A DNA stretch of 46,353 nt from a virus (lineage: Duplodnaviria > Caudoviricetes), in the IMG/VR virus record IMGVR_UViG_3300032035_000006, positions 1 through 46,353 of that record. One strand, written 5' to 3'. Below, piece by piece: positions 19,174 through 29,020 of the stretch. Position 1 is the stretch's first letter. Each line of letters opens with the position of its first letter. Below the pieces are notes generated by a model that worked only from the letters and a program-made list of their open reading frames with translations, searched no databases and had not been told where the DNA came from. Both the position numbers and the translations under genes were made by a program.

Positions 19174-19965
19174 ATGCGGTGGTGGGACTGCTTCATGTTC
19201 CGCGGTGAGCTGGACATGCTGGAGTGCCGGCTCACCGAGCTGGAGGACTCCCCGGTCTGGCGGCACGTCCTGGTCGAGGCGGACGTGACCCACCGCGGTG
19301 ACCCCAAGCCGCGGGTCTTCTTCGAGAACCGGGAGCGGTTCGCCCGGTGGAAGGAGAAGATCGTCTACGTGTCCGGCAACCTGCCCGGCCGCGAGGACGC
19401 CCCGGACCTGGACCCGTGGGTCCGCGAGCACCAGCAGCGGAACTGGGCCGGGATCGCGCTGGAGCGGGCCGGCCCGGGGGACCGGGTGCTGATCTCCGAC
19501 GTGGACGAGATCCCCTCGGCCGCGGTGTGGGCGGCCAGGCCGCCGGCCCTGCTCATGCAGCGGGTGGCCTGCTTCGCGGCCGACTGGCTGTGGCCGGTGC
19601 CCGAGCCGACCGGCGTGACGGTCACCGTCGAGCACCTGCGCGGCCTGCAGTTCGACCTGGCCGCCGCGCGGGACGCCCGGCACTCCTACCGTCAGGTGCC
19701 GGATGCCGGCTGGCACTTGTCATGGATGGGCGGCCTGGACGAGCACCTGGCCAAGCTGGCCGCGCACTGCCACCTGGAGCAGGACACCCCGGACACCGTC
19801 CGGTTGATCACCTCCGGCCAGGCCTGGCAGCAGGGCTGGCACATCGGGGTCAAGCTGGTGCCGGCCGACGTCGACGAGACCTGGCCGGGCTACGTCTGGC
19901 GGCGCGAGTGCCCGGACAGCTGGTTCCGGCCGCGGGAGGAGGAGCCGTGCCCGAGGTCCGGCTGA
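19174..19965 (+). CDS. Glycosyltransferase family 17-like
   Basis: DCFMFRGELDMLECRL, VEADVTHRGDPKP, REHQQRN, ISDVDEIP, GWHLSWMGG. Confidence 0.85.
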   Translation: MRWWDCFMFRGELDMLECRLTELEDSPVWRHVLVEADVTHRGDPKPRVFFENRERFARWKEKIVYVSGNLPGREDAPDLDPWVREHQQRNWAGIALERAGPGDRVLISDVDEIPSAAVWAARPPALLMQRVACFAADWLWPVPEPTGVTVTVEHLRGLQFDLAAARDARHSYRQVPDAGWHLSWMGGLDEHLAKLAAHCHLEQDTPDTVRLITSGQAWQQGWHIGVKLVPADVDETWPGYVWRRECPDSWFRPREEEPCPRSG

Positions 19966-20408
19966 ACCTGGGCTGCGGCGCCCGGCCGACGCCAGGCTGG
20001 GTCAACGTCGACATGGTCGGCGTGCCCGGCGTCGACGTGGTGCACGACCTGGACGCCTTCCCCTGGCCGTTCGAGGACGAGTCGGTCGCGGTGATCCGCG
20101 CGTTCGACGTCTTCGAGCACGTGGACCGGCCGCTGGAGTTCGTCAACGAGTGCTGGCGCATCCTGGAGACCGGGCATCACCTGATCATCCACACCACCCA
20201 CTGGCAGACCGAGAACAGCTACACCGACCCGACGCACAAGCGGTTCTGCACCCCGCGCACGTTCGACTACTGGATCAGGGGCTCGGAGTACCACGCCCGG
20301 TACGGCCCGGTCTACTCCCGGGGCTGCGACTTCGAGCTGGTCGACCGCCGCACCGACGGCCAGGAGCTGGCGTTCCTGCTGCGCAAGCTGGCCCGGGCGG
20401 ACGATTAG
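19947..20408 (+). CDS. Class I SAM methyltransferase (Methyltransf_11-like)
   Basis: LNLGCG, GWVNVD, DVVHDL..FPWPF, VFEH, ECWRIL, DPTH. Confidence 0.88.
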   Translation: MPEVRLNLGCGARPTPGWVNVDMVGVPGVDVVHDLDAFPWPFEDESVAVIRAFDVFEHVDRPLEFVNECWRILETGHHLIIHTTHWQTENSYTDPTHKRFCTPRTFDYWIRGSEYHARYGPVYSRGCDFELVDRRTDGQELAFLLRKLARADD

Positions 20409-20414
20409 CCGGGC

Positions 20415-20849
20415 GTGACCGACTGGACCAAGTTCGACGCGCTGTTCACCTGCCCGGAGGCGGTGACCGACCAGGACCTGCGGGACTCCTACCAGCAGCT
20501 GTACGTCCAGGCCAAGGAGGAGTGCGAGGGCCTGGAGATGTCCTCGGCCCAGATCATGCGCACCTCGGTCATGCTGGCGTGGTACTACAAGCACCAGCAG
20601 ACGTCCCGGGTCGGCTACGGCGACAAGGGCGGCTACCAGCACCCCGGCCAGGAGAAGGACGCGCTGCTGGCCTGGGAGCAGATCGCCCGGGGCTGGGATG
20701 ACGTGCGGACCAAGAGCAGGCCGCGGGCCGACGGGCTGCCGCCGGAGAAGGTCCGGGACATCTTCCTGGCCGTGCTCGGCGAGATCGACGAGCCCGGGCT
20801 GCGCGCCGTGCTGCAGGACAAGTTCGTCGAGGCGCTGAGCGCGGTCTGA
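20415..20849 (+). CDS. Hypothetical protein
   Basis: 144-aa ORF with GC3 bias, preceded by CGATTA-N7-GTG. Confidence 0.75.
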   Translation: MTDWTKFDALFTCPEAVTDQDLRDSYQQLYVQAKEECEGLEMSSAQIMRTSVMLAWYYKHQQTSRVGYGDKGGYQHPGQEKDALLAWEQIARGWDDVRTKSRPRADGLPPEKVRDIFLAVLGEIDEPGLRAVLQDKFVEALSAV

Positions 20850-20862
20850 TGAGCGCCCTGGC

Positions 20863-21330
20863 CTAGCTAGGAATCTCGCGTCCGCCTGGCGCACGGTTTG
20901 CTGGTGCGGTTGGCCAGCGGTCTAGTCGGCGGTCGACGGGGCGGACGTATTGGATGGAACTGTATGGAATCCACCACTCGCCGTGCGGGGTGTTGCACAG
21001 CAGTCCTGTGGTCATAAGTACCATGTCGTCCAGCTGGGCCTCTATGTGGCCGACCTTTGGCGAGTCCATCGGGCCTTCCATCCAGGAATTAGGCCCGGCG
21101 TTAGGTTCGGCATAGCTCCATGGAAGCCCGATGATGATCCAGCCTTTGCCTTCGACGTCGCCCTGGTCGGCTATACGTTCGAGGACCTTCTTGGTTTCGG
21201 GCCCCCATCCATTGACAGCATGTGCCATGTCAGCTCCGATGTGGATCAGGTCGCTCAGGCTCAGGTTGTTCTCCGACATGATCTGTTGGGTGGCGTCGCT
21301 GATGTAGGCGGTTGCTCGGCGTGCTGTCAT
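20863..21330 (-). CDS. Hypothetical protein with possible N-terminal ribbon-helix-helix
   Basis: Leaderless ATG 6 nt after TACACT; RRATAYISDATQQIMSENNLSLSDLIHIGA. Confidence 0.55.
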   Translation of the reverse strand: MTARRATAYISDATQQIMSENNLSLSDLIHIGADMAHAVNGWGPETKKVLERIADQGDVEGKGWIIIGLPWSYAEPNAGPNSWMEGPMDSPKVGHIEAQLDDMVLMTTGLLCNTPHGEWWIPYSSIQYVRPVDRRLDRWPTAPANRAPGGREIPS

Positions 21331-21399
21331 GGGTTCAGTGTAGAGGTGTGTACCAAAGTCCGTCTTGTGGTAGCACCTGCTGGCCGACATGGTAGTCGT

Positions 21400-21924
21400 A
21401 TGGGTAACGGTTACAAGCGGGAGCCGGACATTCGGGATATTGAGGTCTTGCCCGCCGATATCATGACAGCAGTGTGCGGTGACGCGACCAGGTGCACCTT
21501 GGCGCTCGTGGGAGCACGAGTGGTCGGTCACCCCGTGACTGCGATGTACGACGATGCTCTCGGCGAGGTCACGATCCGCTGGGACGTACCTGATGGGCAG
21601 GGTGTCCGGTATCACGTCGCGGTGGTGAAGGAAGATCGAATAGCTATTCGAATTTTGCTGTTGACGGATCTCAACAAACGGAGGTTGCTCAGGAGCGCCC
21701 GGTCACGTGAGCCGCTCAGAGTGAGCTTTGAGCAGCATTTCTCGGCGCGTGCTTGTTCCAGGAAGCGCACCCCGGAGCAGATGGCGGTGGAGCGCGACCG
21801 AGCCAGGGAGCTGAAGGAGCTACGGGCTGCCGGGCTGGCGTCGCCGCCAGTGCATCGGCGCGCCTCGAAAGTCAGCCAGGGCCGCGGGATGCGCGCGATC
21901 GGGACCGTCCCGGCTGATGCGTAG
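21400..21924 (+). CDS. Hypothetical protein
   Basis: TTGTGG-17-CATGGT-6-ATG; divergent from 21330; lower GC. Confidence 0.55.
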   Translation: MGNGYKREPDIRDIEVLPADIMTAVCGDATRCTLALVGARVVGHPVTAMYDDALGEVTIRWDVPDGQGVRYHVAVVKEDRIAIRILLLTDLNKRRLLRSARSREPLRVSFEQHFSARACSRKRTPEQMAVERDRARELKELRAAGLASPPVHRRASKVSQGRGMRAIGTVPADA

Positions 21925-21932
21925 AACAGAGT

Positions 21933-22595
21933 GTGGAGTGTTTTGTTCTGGGCTGCGGTCGTCCGGTTAAGAGTGCAGGGCTGTGCCAGGCTCACAAGCG
22001 CAGGCTTGAGGTCCACGGAGATGTCCTGGCGCATGTGCCTATCCAGGTCCATCACCGAGGTCGGAAGGGCATCTGCGGCGTGCTTGGTTGTGGGCGCGTC
22101 TACCGGTCCAAGGGATTGTGCCGCGAGCACTACATGGAGAAGTTCGGGGCCGGCCTGAAGGACCAGCCCTGCTCTGTGCCGGAGTGCAAGCGCCCGCTTT
22201 ACCGCCGTGGCTGGTGCGCCGGTCATTATCAGCGGTGGAAGAAATACGGTGACCCGCTGGCCGGGGGCCCGGTGCGAGCTGTTCGGGGAACTGGCCCGTC
22301 CAAGTGGGAGAAAGACCAGGTTAGGCGCCTGGCAAAGGCCAAAATTAGCCAGGTTACGGGCGAGACCGCCGAGTACGTGACGATTATCCGAGGTGACCCG
22401 TGCTCGTACTGCGGGGCTCCGATGGAGCACGTTGACCACATCGTGCCGTTCGCGGCTGGAGGGCCTACGGACTGGACCAATCTGGCGCCATCGTGTGCCG
22501 GGTGCAACCACCGCAAGAGCGACAGGCCTCTGCTGCTCTTCTTGCTGGCGGAGGGGGGTGATGTGGATGGGGGAGCATCTAGACAAGCTGCTTGA
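21933..22595 (+). CDS. HNH endonuclease with three N-terminal Cys/His zinc repeats
   Basis: CxxxxC..GLC..H x3; CSYCG..HVDHIVP..GG..NLAPSCAGCNHRK. Confidence 0.9.
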   Translation: MECFVLGCGRPVKSAGLCQAHKRRLEVHGDVLAHVPIQVHHRGRKGICGVLGCGRVYRSKGLCREHYMEKFGAGLKDQPCSVPECKRPLYRRGWCAGHYQRWKKYGDPLAGGPVRAVRGTGPSKWEKDQVRRLAKAKISQVTGETAEYVTIIRGDPCSYCGAPMEHVDHIVPFAAGGPTDWTNLAPSCAGCNHRKSDRPLLLFLLAEGGDVDGGASRQAA

Positions 22596-24763
22596 GCTGG
22601 CCGCCGTTATCGACGTTGACGCTACCGACTCAGAAGCTCATGAGCATCTGTTGCGCGAGTGTCCGTGGTACCGCCATGTTGACGGCGGCGGTGCGGAGGA
22701 TGTTGAACGGCACTGCCAGCCGACCGAGGAATCGGGGGCCGTGCCGCGGCTGGTTGTCAAGCTGACCCCGCGGACGCCTGAGGCGTCAACGGTTCCGCAG
22801 CCGACTGTGCCGCCGGGAGGTCCCGGGCTCTGGCATGTGAAGGGGATGCAGCTTCCCCCGTTAGGCGTACATCCAGCATCTCTACAAGCATCTGGTGGCC
22901 CGGTACGGCAAGGAGAAGGCCTACGGCGTGGCCAAGGGCATCGTGGCTAAGTGGGCCGAGGGCATCGCCCCTGGCGGGAAGAAGGGCGGCAAGCCCCGGC
23001 ACACCCATCCCGATGTCCGGGCCGCGGCGCAGCGGAACATCGCCGAGTGGGAGCAGAAGCGGGCCCGGGCGCACGCCCAGCACGCCAAGACCGAGGCGCG
23101 GACAAAGAAGGGTCACGCGCTGGCCGCCACCATGGCCGAGCTGGCCGTCCGCAACCTCGGCTCGGACGGCCCCACCCCGCTGGACCACGTGACCAGCATC
23201 GCGCACGAGGTCGAGGAGATCGGCTGGGACCTGTCCCATGCCCGGGTGCACATCGACACCCTGGGCCGCAAGGCGGACGACGCGACCCGCGAGTTCAACG
23301 CCGAGCACGCCGACCGCCACCTGGACAAGGCGCTGACCAAGTGCGCCCGGTTCTTCGCTACGATAAGGGCTCACTACCCGGGCGAGGCCGCCGCGCTGGA
23401 CAAGCTGCTGGAGGCGCGGCGGGCGGTCGGGCTGGCCCGCACCCTGGAGCACAAGGCGACCACCCCGCACCTGGCCGACACGGTGGCCGGCAACGTGGCG
23501 CACGCCAAGGTGCACCTGGACATGTTCCGCGGCGCCAAGACCGACGAGGACCGCCGGTACAACCTGCAGCACGTGACCGGGCACATGGACAGCGCGGCCG
23601 AGCACCTGGCCAAGCTGATGCGGCACCTGGCCGCCAACTACCCCGGCGAGGCCAAGGCGATGGACCGGGTGTCCGCGCTGCGCGCCGAGGTCGGCCTGGC
23701 CGGGCAGACCGTGACCGCGCCGGGCGCCCAGCCCTACAGCGTGCCGTCTGCCACCGGGCTGCCGGCCCGCCAGTACGGGCTCTACCAGAAGCCGTCGGCC
23801 ACCGTCGCGCCGAGCCCGCCGCTGCCGCCGGACGTGCAGCTGCCCACCGCGGCGGAGGTCCGGGCGCTGCTGCCCCTGGTGCCGCCCGCCGGCGACGTGT
23901 CCCTGACCAGCACCGTGCGCAAGTTCCTGGAGGCCGCCGCGGTCAAGCTGGAGAAGGACACCCCGATCGAGGCGCTGACCGCGCTGCGCAGCGCCCAGAC
24001 GGCCATCTACTCGGCGCACAAGTCCGAGCTGGCCGACGCCAGCCCCGGCGTGTTCACCGCCAACATCTTCGCCCAGGCCCCGCCCGCCGAGCAGTCCTCC
24101 TCGACGACCTCCATGCGGGAGAGCCGGGGCCGCACCGAGGCCTACCGCTCGCTGGAGCAGAAGGTGGGCGCCCTGGCGGACCGCATCCGCCGCAAGTTCT
24201 TCCACGGGGTCTTCTCCGGCCCCTCCCAGCTCGGCCGGTTCACGGAGGCTGACATGAGCGCAATCGACCACCTCGCCGCGCTGGCCGGGACCGGGTACGT
24301 CACCGGGAAGGACGTCAGCTTCCCGGCCGAGTCCGACACCACCCAGGCGGTGCCGCTGGAGCAGCAGCGCGGCCCGTCCCCGTTCCGGCTCAGCCCCAAG
24401 GCGCACGCCGAGATCGCCGCCATGTCCCCGCTGGACCGGCTGAAGGTGACCCGGCAGCTGGAGGAGGCGACCCGGTTCCTGAGTGACGCGCACAAGCTGC
24501 AGGGCAGTCACCGGCTGCTGCAGGCCAAGTTCATCGCGGCCAGCGTGGGCGCCCTGGCGCTGGAGTCCGAGCTGGCCGACTGGATCAGGTCGGTCGGCAT
24601 GCAGACCAACAACACCAAGACCGCGCCGCACGAGCGGAAGACCGAGGCGGGCGGCAAGACCGTCGGGCAGCAGGACAACCGGCAGACCAGGCCCGCCGAC
24701 GCGGGCACCGGCCCGGCCCGGCTGACCGCCAGCTTGCGTCGATTACCCAGGGCAAACCGCTAG
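22567..24763 (+). CDS. Head-associated protein, reading frame broken by a TTA-containing 7-nt element at 22861-22867
   Basis: ORF1 ...GMQLPP joins ORF2 YIQHLYKHLVARYG...KWAEG...VRAAAQRNIAEWE in the +1 frame; internal ~70-aa duplication (HYPGEA/NYPGEA). Confidence 0.7.
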
Positions 24764-24776
24764 CCGGGAGGTCCTG

Positions 24777-25625
24777 ATGACGACGGCCCTGGACAAGCTC
24801 GCGAGGCTCACCGCGGTCAGCGCGACCGACGACGAGGACTGCGCCGGGGCGCTGGTCGGCGCCGCCTGGGGGAACGCGGCCGAGCTGTTCGCGCTGCTGG
24901 CGGACAGCGACGGCGACGACGACAAGGACAATGACGGCGAGGATGGCGACGAGGACGGCGGTCACTCCGGCCATGCCACCTTCAAGGCGCTGGTCAAGAA
25001 GGGCGTCCCGGCCGCCCGCGCGTCCAAGATGTGCGCCCAGGCGGACCGGCGGGTCAAGGCGACCGAGCTGGCCGAGGCCATCATGGTCGCGCTGGACGGG
25101 CTGGCCGCCGCGCCGGGCGACTGGGTGGAGGACACCGCGCTGGACACCTGGACCGTGGCCATGGCCGGGGAGACCTCCGAGGGCGGCCCGAAGAAGCCCT
25201 ACGGGAACGTGACCTACGCTGACCCGGGCTACCAGAAGGACGGCAAGAAGCGCTATCCGCTGGATACTGAAGCCCACGTCAGGGCCGCTCTTTCGTACAT
25301 AAACCACAGCGACAACGCGGCCGAGTACTCCTCCGGCCAGCTCGCCTCGATCAAGTCCAAGATCAAGGCCGCCGCCCGCCGGCTCGGCATCGAGGTCAGC
25401 GGGGACGACGACGGGGAGAAGGCCGCCGCCACGATGCTCGCGCTGGCCGCCAGGCTGGCCGGCGGCGCCATACCCATGAGCCATGGCCCGTTCACCGGCA
25501 CCCACTCCCACGCGCACTTCCAGTCCTCCGCGCACGACCACGACCACCAGCACCACGGCGACAACAGCCACGACGGCGGGCCGCTGCACCGGGCCGGGTC
25601 CAAGGCCCAGCGCGGCTACATGTGA
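24777..25625 (+). CDS. Head-associated protein (DUF6582-like domain, His-rich tail)
   Basis: KKPYGNVTYADPGYQKDGKKRYPLDTEAHVRAALSYI; HSHAH...HDHDHQHH; SD GGGAGG. Confidence 0.75.
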   Translation: MTTALDKLARLTAVSATDDEDCAGALVGAAWGNAAELFALLADSDGDDDKDNDGEDGDEDGGHSGHATFKALVKKGVPAARASKMCAQADRRVKATELAEAIMVALDGLAAAPGDWVEDTALDTWTVAMAGETSEGGPKKPYGNVTYADPGYQKDGKKRYPLDTEAHVRAALSYINHSDNAAEYSSGQLASIKSKIKAAARRLGIEVSGDDDGEKAAATMLALAARLAGGAIPMSHGPFTGTHSHAHFQSSAHDHDHQHHGDNSHDGGPLHRAGSKAQRGYM

Positions 25626-27598
25626 GCCGGGCCGGGCAGTCCGCGGCGCTGCTGCTGGCCGGCGCCACCGACGCCGACGTGCTGCTGTCCAGGCGGGCCA
25701 GCCAGGACGTCTTCGCCGAGGAGCCGGTCCCGCTGACCGCGTTCGTGCAGGACCGCGGCTATCTGGCCAACCCGCCGCTGTCCGAGGTGCAGTACGAGGC
25801 CGTCCGGCATGCGGAACGGGTGTTCTACGCCGAGACCTACGACCTGCTGGCCGGCAGCGACGACCGGGCGGTCCGCGGCTACTGGTCGCAGCCCTGCCGG
25901 ATGGTCAACTTCCTGGAGCTGGAGTGGGGCAAAGGCGGCGGCAAGGACCACACGTGCAGAATGGTGGCGATGCGGGTCTGCTACCTGCTGCTCTGCCTGC
26001 GCAGCCCGCAGGAGTACTACGCGATGCCCGAGCAGGACTCCATCCACTGCCTGAACGTGGCGTCCAGCTCCAAGCAGGCCCAGCGGGCCTTCTTCACCCC
26101 GATGCGGCGGGCGGTCACCCGGCCCGGCTGCTGGTTCCAGCGGTCCGGCATCGTGGACATCCTGGACGCCGCCGAGCGGCAGCGCCGCGGCAGCCGGAGC
26201 GAGGGCCGCGCCACGGCCCTGCTCGACACGATCAAGTTCGAGCACAACATCGAGGCGGTCTCCGGGCACAGCGAGGCGGACAGCCAGGAGGGCCTCAACC
26301 TCATCCTGGGGATCGCGGACGAGATCGACGCGTTCCGGTCCAACGCCGAGCTGGCCCGGCTGACCCCGAACCGGCAGCGCGAGTCCTCCAGCTCGGCCGA
26401 GGCCATCCTGGACATGCTCCGCACCTCGGCCGCCACCCGGTTCCCGCAGACCTACAAGTGCATGCACATCAGCTATCCCCGGTACCTGGGCAGCACCATC
26501 CAGAAGCTCGTCGCCCGGGGCCGCCAGGACAACGCGGAGAAGGGTGACCGGTCCCGGTACTACGTCAGCGGGCCGCTGGCGTCCTGGGACGCCAACCCGC
26601 GCATTCCCGGCAAGCACGCGTTCAGCGAGGACTACGAGAAGGACCCGGCGCTGGCCGAGGCCAAGTACGAGTGCAGGCCGCGGCGCGCGGTCAACCCGTA
26701 CTTCGCCAACGAGACCGCCATCCGCGAGTGCTGCCGCGAGGTGGCCCAGCAGCCGGTGGCCGTCGACTACGTGCGCGAGCGGGCCTCCTGGCGCCCGCTG
26801 TACACCTTTGCGCCGGGCTTCTACCCGGTCAAGGGCGCGCTGTACGCGATGCACGCCGACCTGGCCCAGTCCGGCGACCGGGCCGGGCTTGCCATGGCGC
26901 ACATTGCCACCTGGCAGGACCACGTGGTGACCGGCGAGCAGGAGGACAAGATCGAGGTCAGGCTCACCGAGCGGCGCCCGGTGGTCAAGGTCGACTTCGT
27001 GCTGTCCTACAGCTCCAACCCCGGCGCGGTGCCGCCGATGGAGATCCAGATCCGGTGGGCCAGGCTGCTGTGCCTGGAGCTGCGCCGGATGGGCTTCCCG
27101 ATCACCAGGTTCACTTTCGACCAGTGGCAGTCCAAGGACTCGATGCAGATCCTGGAGGCCCAGGGCATCGAGACCGACCGGTTCTCCACCGACGTGTCCG
27201 AGGAGGGCTGGCGGACGCTGCGGGACGTGATGTACGAGGGCCGCCTGGACATGCCGCTGCGCGAGCTGGTGGTCACCGAGCTGCTGGGATTGTCAAGGCT
27301 CCCCAACGGCAAGGTTGACCACCTGGGCGACAGCTCCAAGGACGAGGCCGACGCGCTGGCCGGCGCGGTCTGCGGGGCGCTGGAGGCCGGCGGCCAGGAG
27401 GACCCGTCCGGCGAGCGCGCCTACCTGGGCGAGGCGGTGTTCTACGGGCCCGAGCCGGACATCAGCCTGGCGCCGCTGGGCATGGTCCCGCTGCGGCTGA
27501 TGCAGCCGGACCGGTTCATGCCGGTCGACCGCCCGGGCATGGAGGCGGGACCGGGCTACCTGGACGACTGGGGCTCGTCCCCGGACTACTACCGGTGA
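25622..27598 (+). CDS. terL: Terminase large subunit
   Basis: WGKGGGKD Walker A, IADEIDAF Walker B, ISYPRY, HADLAQSGD, FDQWQS, KVDH..SKDEADA. Confidence 0.93.
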   Translation: MSRAGQSAALLLAGATDADVLLSRRASQDVFAEEPVPLTAFVQDRGYLANPPLSEVQYEAVRHAERVFYAETYDLLAGSDDRAVRGYWSQPCRMVNFLELEWGKGGGKDHTCRMVAMRVCYLLLCLRSPQEYYAMPEQDSIHCLNVASSSKQAQRAFFTPMRRAVTRPGCWFQRSGIVDILDAAERQRRGSRSEGRATALLDTIKFEHNIEAVSGHSEADSQEGLNLILGIADEIDAFRSNAELARLTPNRQRESSSSAEAILDMLRTSAATRFPQTYKCMHISYPRYLGSTIQKLVARGRQDNAEKGDRSRYYVSGPLASWDANPRIPGKHAFSEDYEKDPALAEAKYECRPRRAVNPYFANETAIRECCREVAQQPVAVDYVRERASWRPLYTFAPGFYPVKGALYAMHADLAQSGDRAGLAMAHIATWQDHVVTGEQEDKIEVRLTERRPVVKVDFVLSYSSNPGAVPPMEIQIRWARLLCLELRRMGFPITRFTFDQWQSKDSMQILEAQGIETDRFSTDVSEEGWRTLRDVMYEGRLDMPLRELVVTELLGLSRLPNGKVDHLGDSSKDEADALAGAVCGALEAGGQEDPSGERAYLGEAVFYGPEPDISLAPLGMVPLRLMQPDRFMPVDRPGMEAGPGYLDDWGSSPDYYR

Positions 27599-27879
27599 AG
27601 CGGCTCCGGCGGTCGATGACCGTGCTGGAGCGGCAGCAGCTGCGCCAGGAGGTGATGCGGCGGCAGCTGGACCTGGCCTGCGAGCGGGCCGCGGTGTACG
27701 GGCTGTCGCAGGCCTGCCTGGCCGCCCTGCGCGAGACCGGCCCGGCGGCCATGATCCTGCACCAGGCGTGCCGGGCCGAGGACATCGGCGGTACCGGCTG
27801 CCTGTGCGTGCACCACGACGACGCCCGGACCGGCGTGACGGTCAGCGGCTCGCTGCCAGCGCCGCAGCTACCGCGATAG
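27595..27879 (+). CDS. Hypothetical protein
   Basis: GTGA coupled to terL. Confidence 0.6.
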   Translation: MKRLRRSMTVLERQQLRQEVMRRQLDLACERAAVYGLSQACLAALRETGPAAMILHQACRAEDIGGTGCLCVHHDDARTGVTVSGSLPAPQLPR

Positions 27880-28030
27880 GGTGCTCGCGCTCGTAGTGGC
27901 CGGACAGCTGGGGCGGGGGCATCTCGTCGCTGCAGAGCGCGCAGATCGCGATCGGCGGCGGGCCGGTTCGCACCGGGGCGGGCGGCGGCGTCGGGGGAGC
28001 GGGCTTCTGAGCAGTGGGTTTCTTAGGCAC
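27842..28030 (-). CDS. Small C2H2-type zinc-finger protein
   Basis: CALC..LSGHYEREH. Confidence 0.45.
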   Translation of the reverse strand: MPKKPTAQKPAPPTPPPAPVRTGPPPIAICALCSDEMPPPQLSGHYEREHPIAVAAALAASR

Positions 28031-28073
28031 GGCTTCATCTTTCCAGATTTTTTCCCCGAGTCAAGGAACCGGG

Positions 28074-28103
28074 CTTGACACCGGTCAAGCAAGAGCGTAA
28101 CGT
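28074..28103 (+). promoter_or_regulatory. Promoter of the RNA array with overlapping palindromic operator
   Basis: TTGACA-17-TAACGT; CTTGAC-ACCG-GTCAAG overlaps the -35. Confidence 0.85.
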
Positions 28104-28341
28104 AGGGGGTGAACGAGAAAACCCGGTTGCCGGACAGCCCGGCAGCCCGATAACGTAGGAGTCATGGTGGGCACGAGGCAAGCACAGCGACACGGGTGGT
28201 CAGACCCGTTCATCGCGCTGCCCGAGTGCGCCAAGGACGCCGAGGTGGCACCTGGATAAGGACCAGCAGGACCTGAGACCAGGAGCCGCCCCCGGGACAC
28301 ACCGGAAAGGGCGGCTCTCGGCATCTAGGACAACTTCACAT

Positions 28342-28415
28342 GGGTGAGTGGCACAGCGGCGACTGCAGTCATTCCAAAACCGCCATCATCGAGGGTTCGA
28401 GTCCTTCCTCACCTG
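28342..28415 (+). tRNA. tRNA-Trp(CCA), degenerate anticodon stem
   Basis: Acceptor GGGTGAG/CTCACCT, T arm GAGGG-TTCGAGT-CCTTC; anticodon stem does not pair. Confidence 0.6.
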
Positions 28416-28580
28416 CGACCGTCGGCCGAGCGAGAGCGAAGCGGGCGCATGTCAACTGCAAATTCTCAAGACCATAGCGTGAGCATCGAGCGGGCCTGCC
28501 AAGCCTGCTCACATACGACCCTGACCGCCGTATGGCGGCAGGGACAAGGCGGCTCCGGGCTCCGGCCCGGTGCTGCCCCT

Positions 28581-28657
28581 GGGGCCTTAGCTCAGCTCGG
28601 TAGAGCGGCTGCATGGCATGCAGTAGGCCGCGGGTTCAAATCCCGCAGGCTCCACCA
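28581..28657 (+). tRNA. tRNA-Ala(GGC)
   Basis: Full cloverleaf, G3-U70, CCA encoded. Confidence 0.95.
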
Positions 28658-28774
28658 GGAGAGATCGGGGTGCAGAGTAGGGCGCCGGCGGTCCGCTAGC
28701 CGCGGCTGCGGGTCGTAATCGGCCGGTCGTCCTCCCGGGTTCGGGCCAAGCGCCCAGACCACCTCTGCGGTCAA

Positions 28775-28851
28775 GGGGATGTAGCTCAGCCTGGTAGAGC
28801 GCCCGGTTCGCACCCGGGGTCTTCGCGTCGGTTCAAATCCGTCCTTCTCCA
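28775..28851 (+). tRNA. tRNA-Ala(CGC)
   Basis: Cloverleaf, CCCGG-TTCGCAC-CCGGG; some stem mismatches. Confidence 0.85.
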
Positions 28852-28948
28852 CTCGGGCTAGCTGGCTGGCCCAGGCGCCGAAGTAAGGTCCGGCCTGGTC
28901 GCGAACGGGACCGGAACGAGGTATCAGAGGCACGACAGCCAGCAATGA

Positions 28949-29020
28949 CAGGATCGAGGAAGACGGTAATCTGCCTCGTTCGGAGCGAGGAGAAACCGGG
29001 TTCGACTCCCGGGGTCCTGA
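28949..29020 (+). tRNA. tRNA-Pro(CGG)
   Basis: CAGGATC/GGTCCTG, CCTCG-TTCGGAG-CGAGG. Confidence 0.88.

Noticed and set aside
25622-27598. Intein, intron or TTA hop in terminase
   Set aside because: Continuous ORF of ordinary size, no intein motifs and no in-frame TTA noticed
28854-28900. Possible missing RNase P 5' half (GGGCTAGCTGGCTGGCC...AAGGTCCGG could pair with P1/P2/P4)
   Set aside because: Lacks GAGGAA, the CTCC needed for P5 and the P7-P12 elements; the segment folds on itself instead
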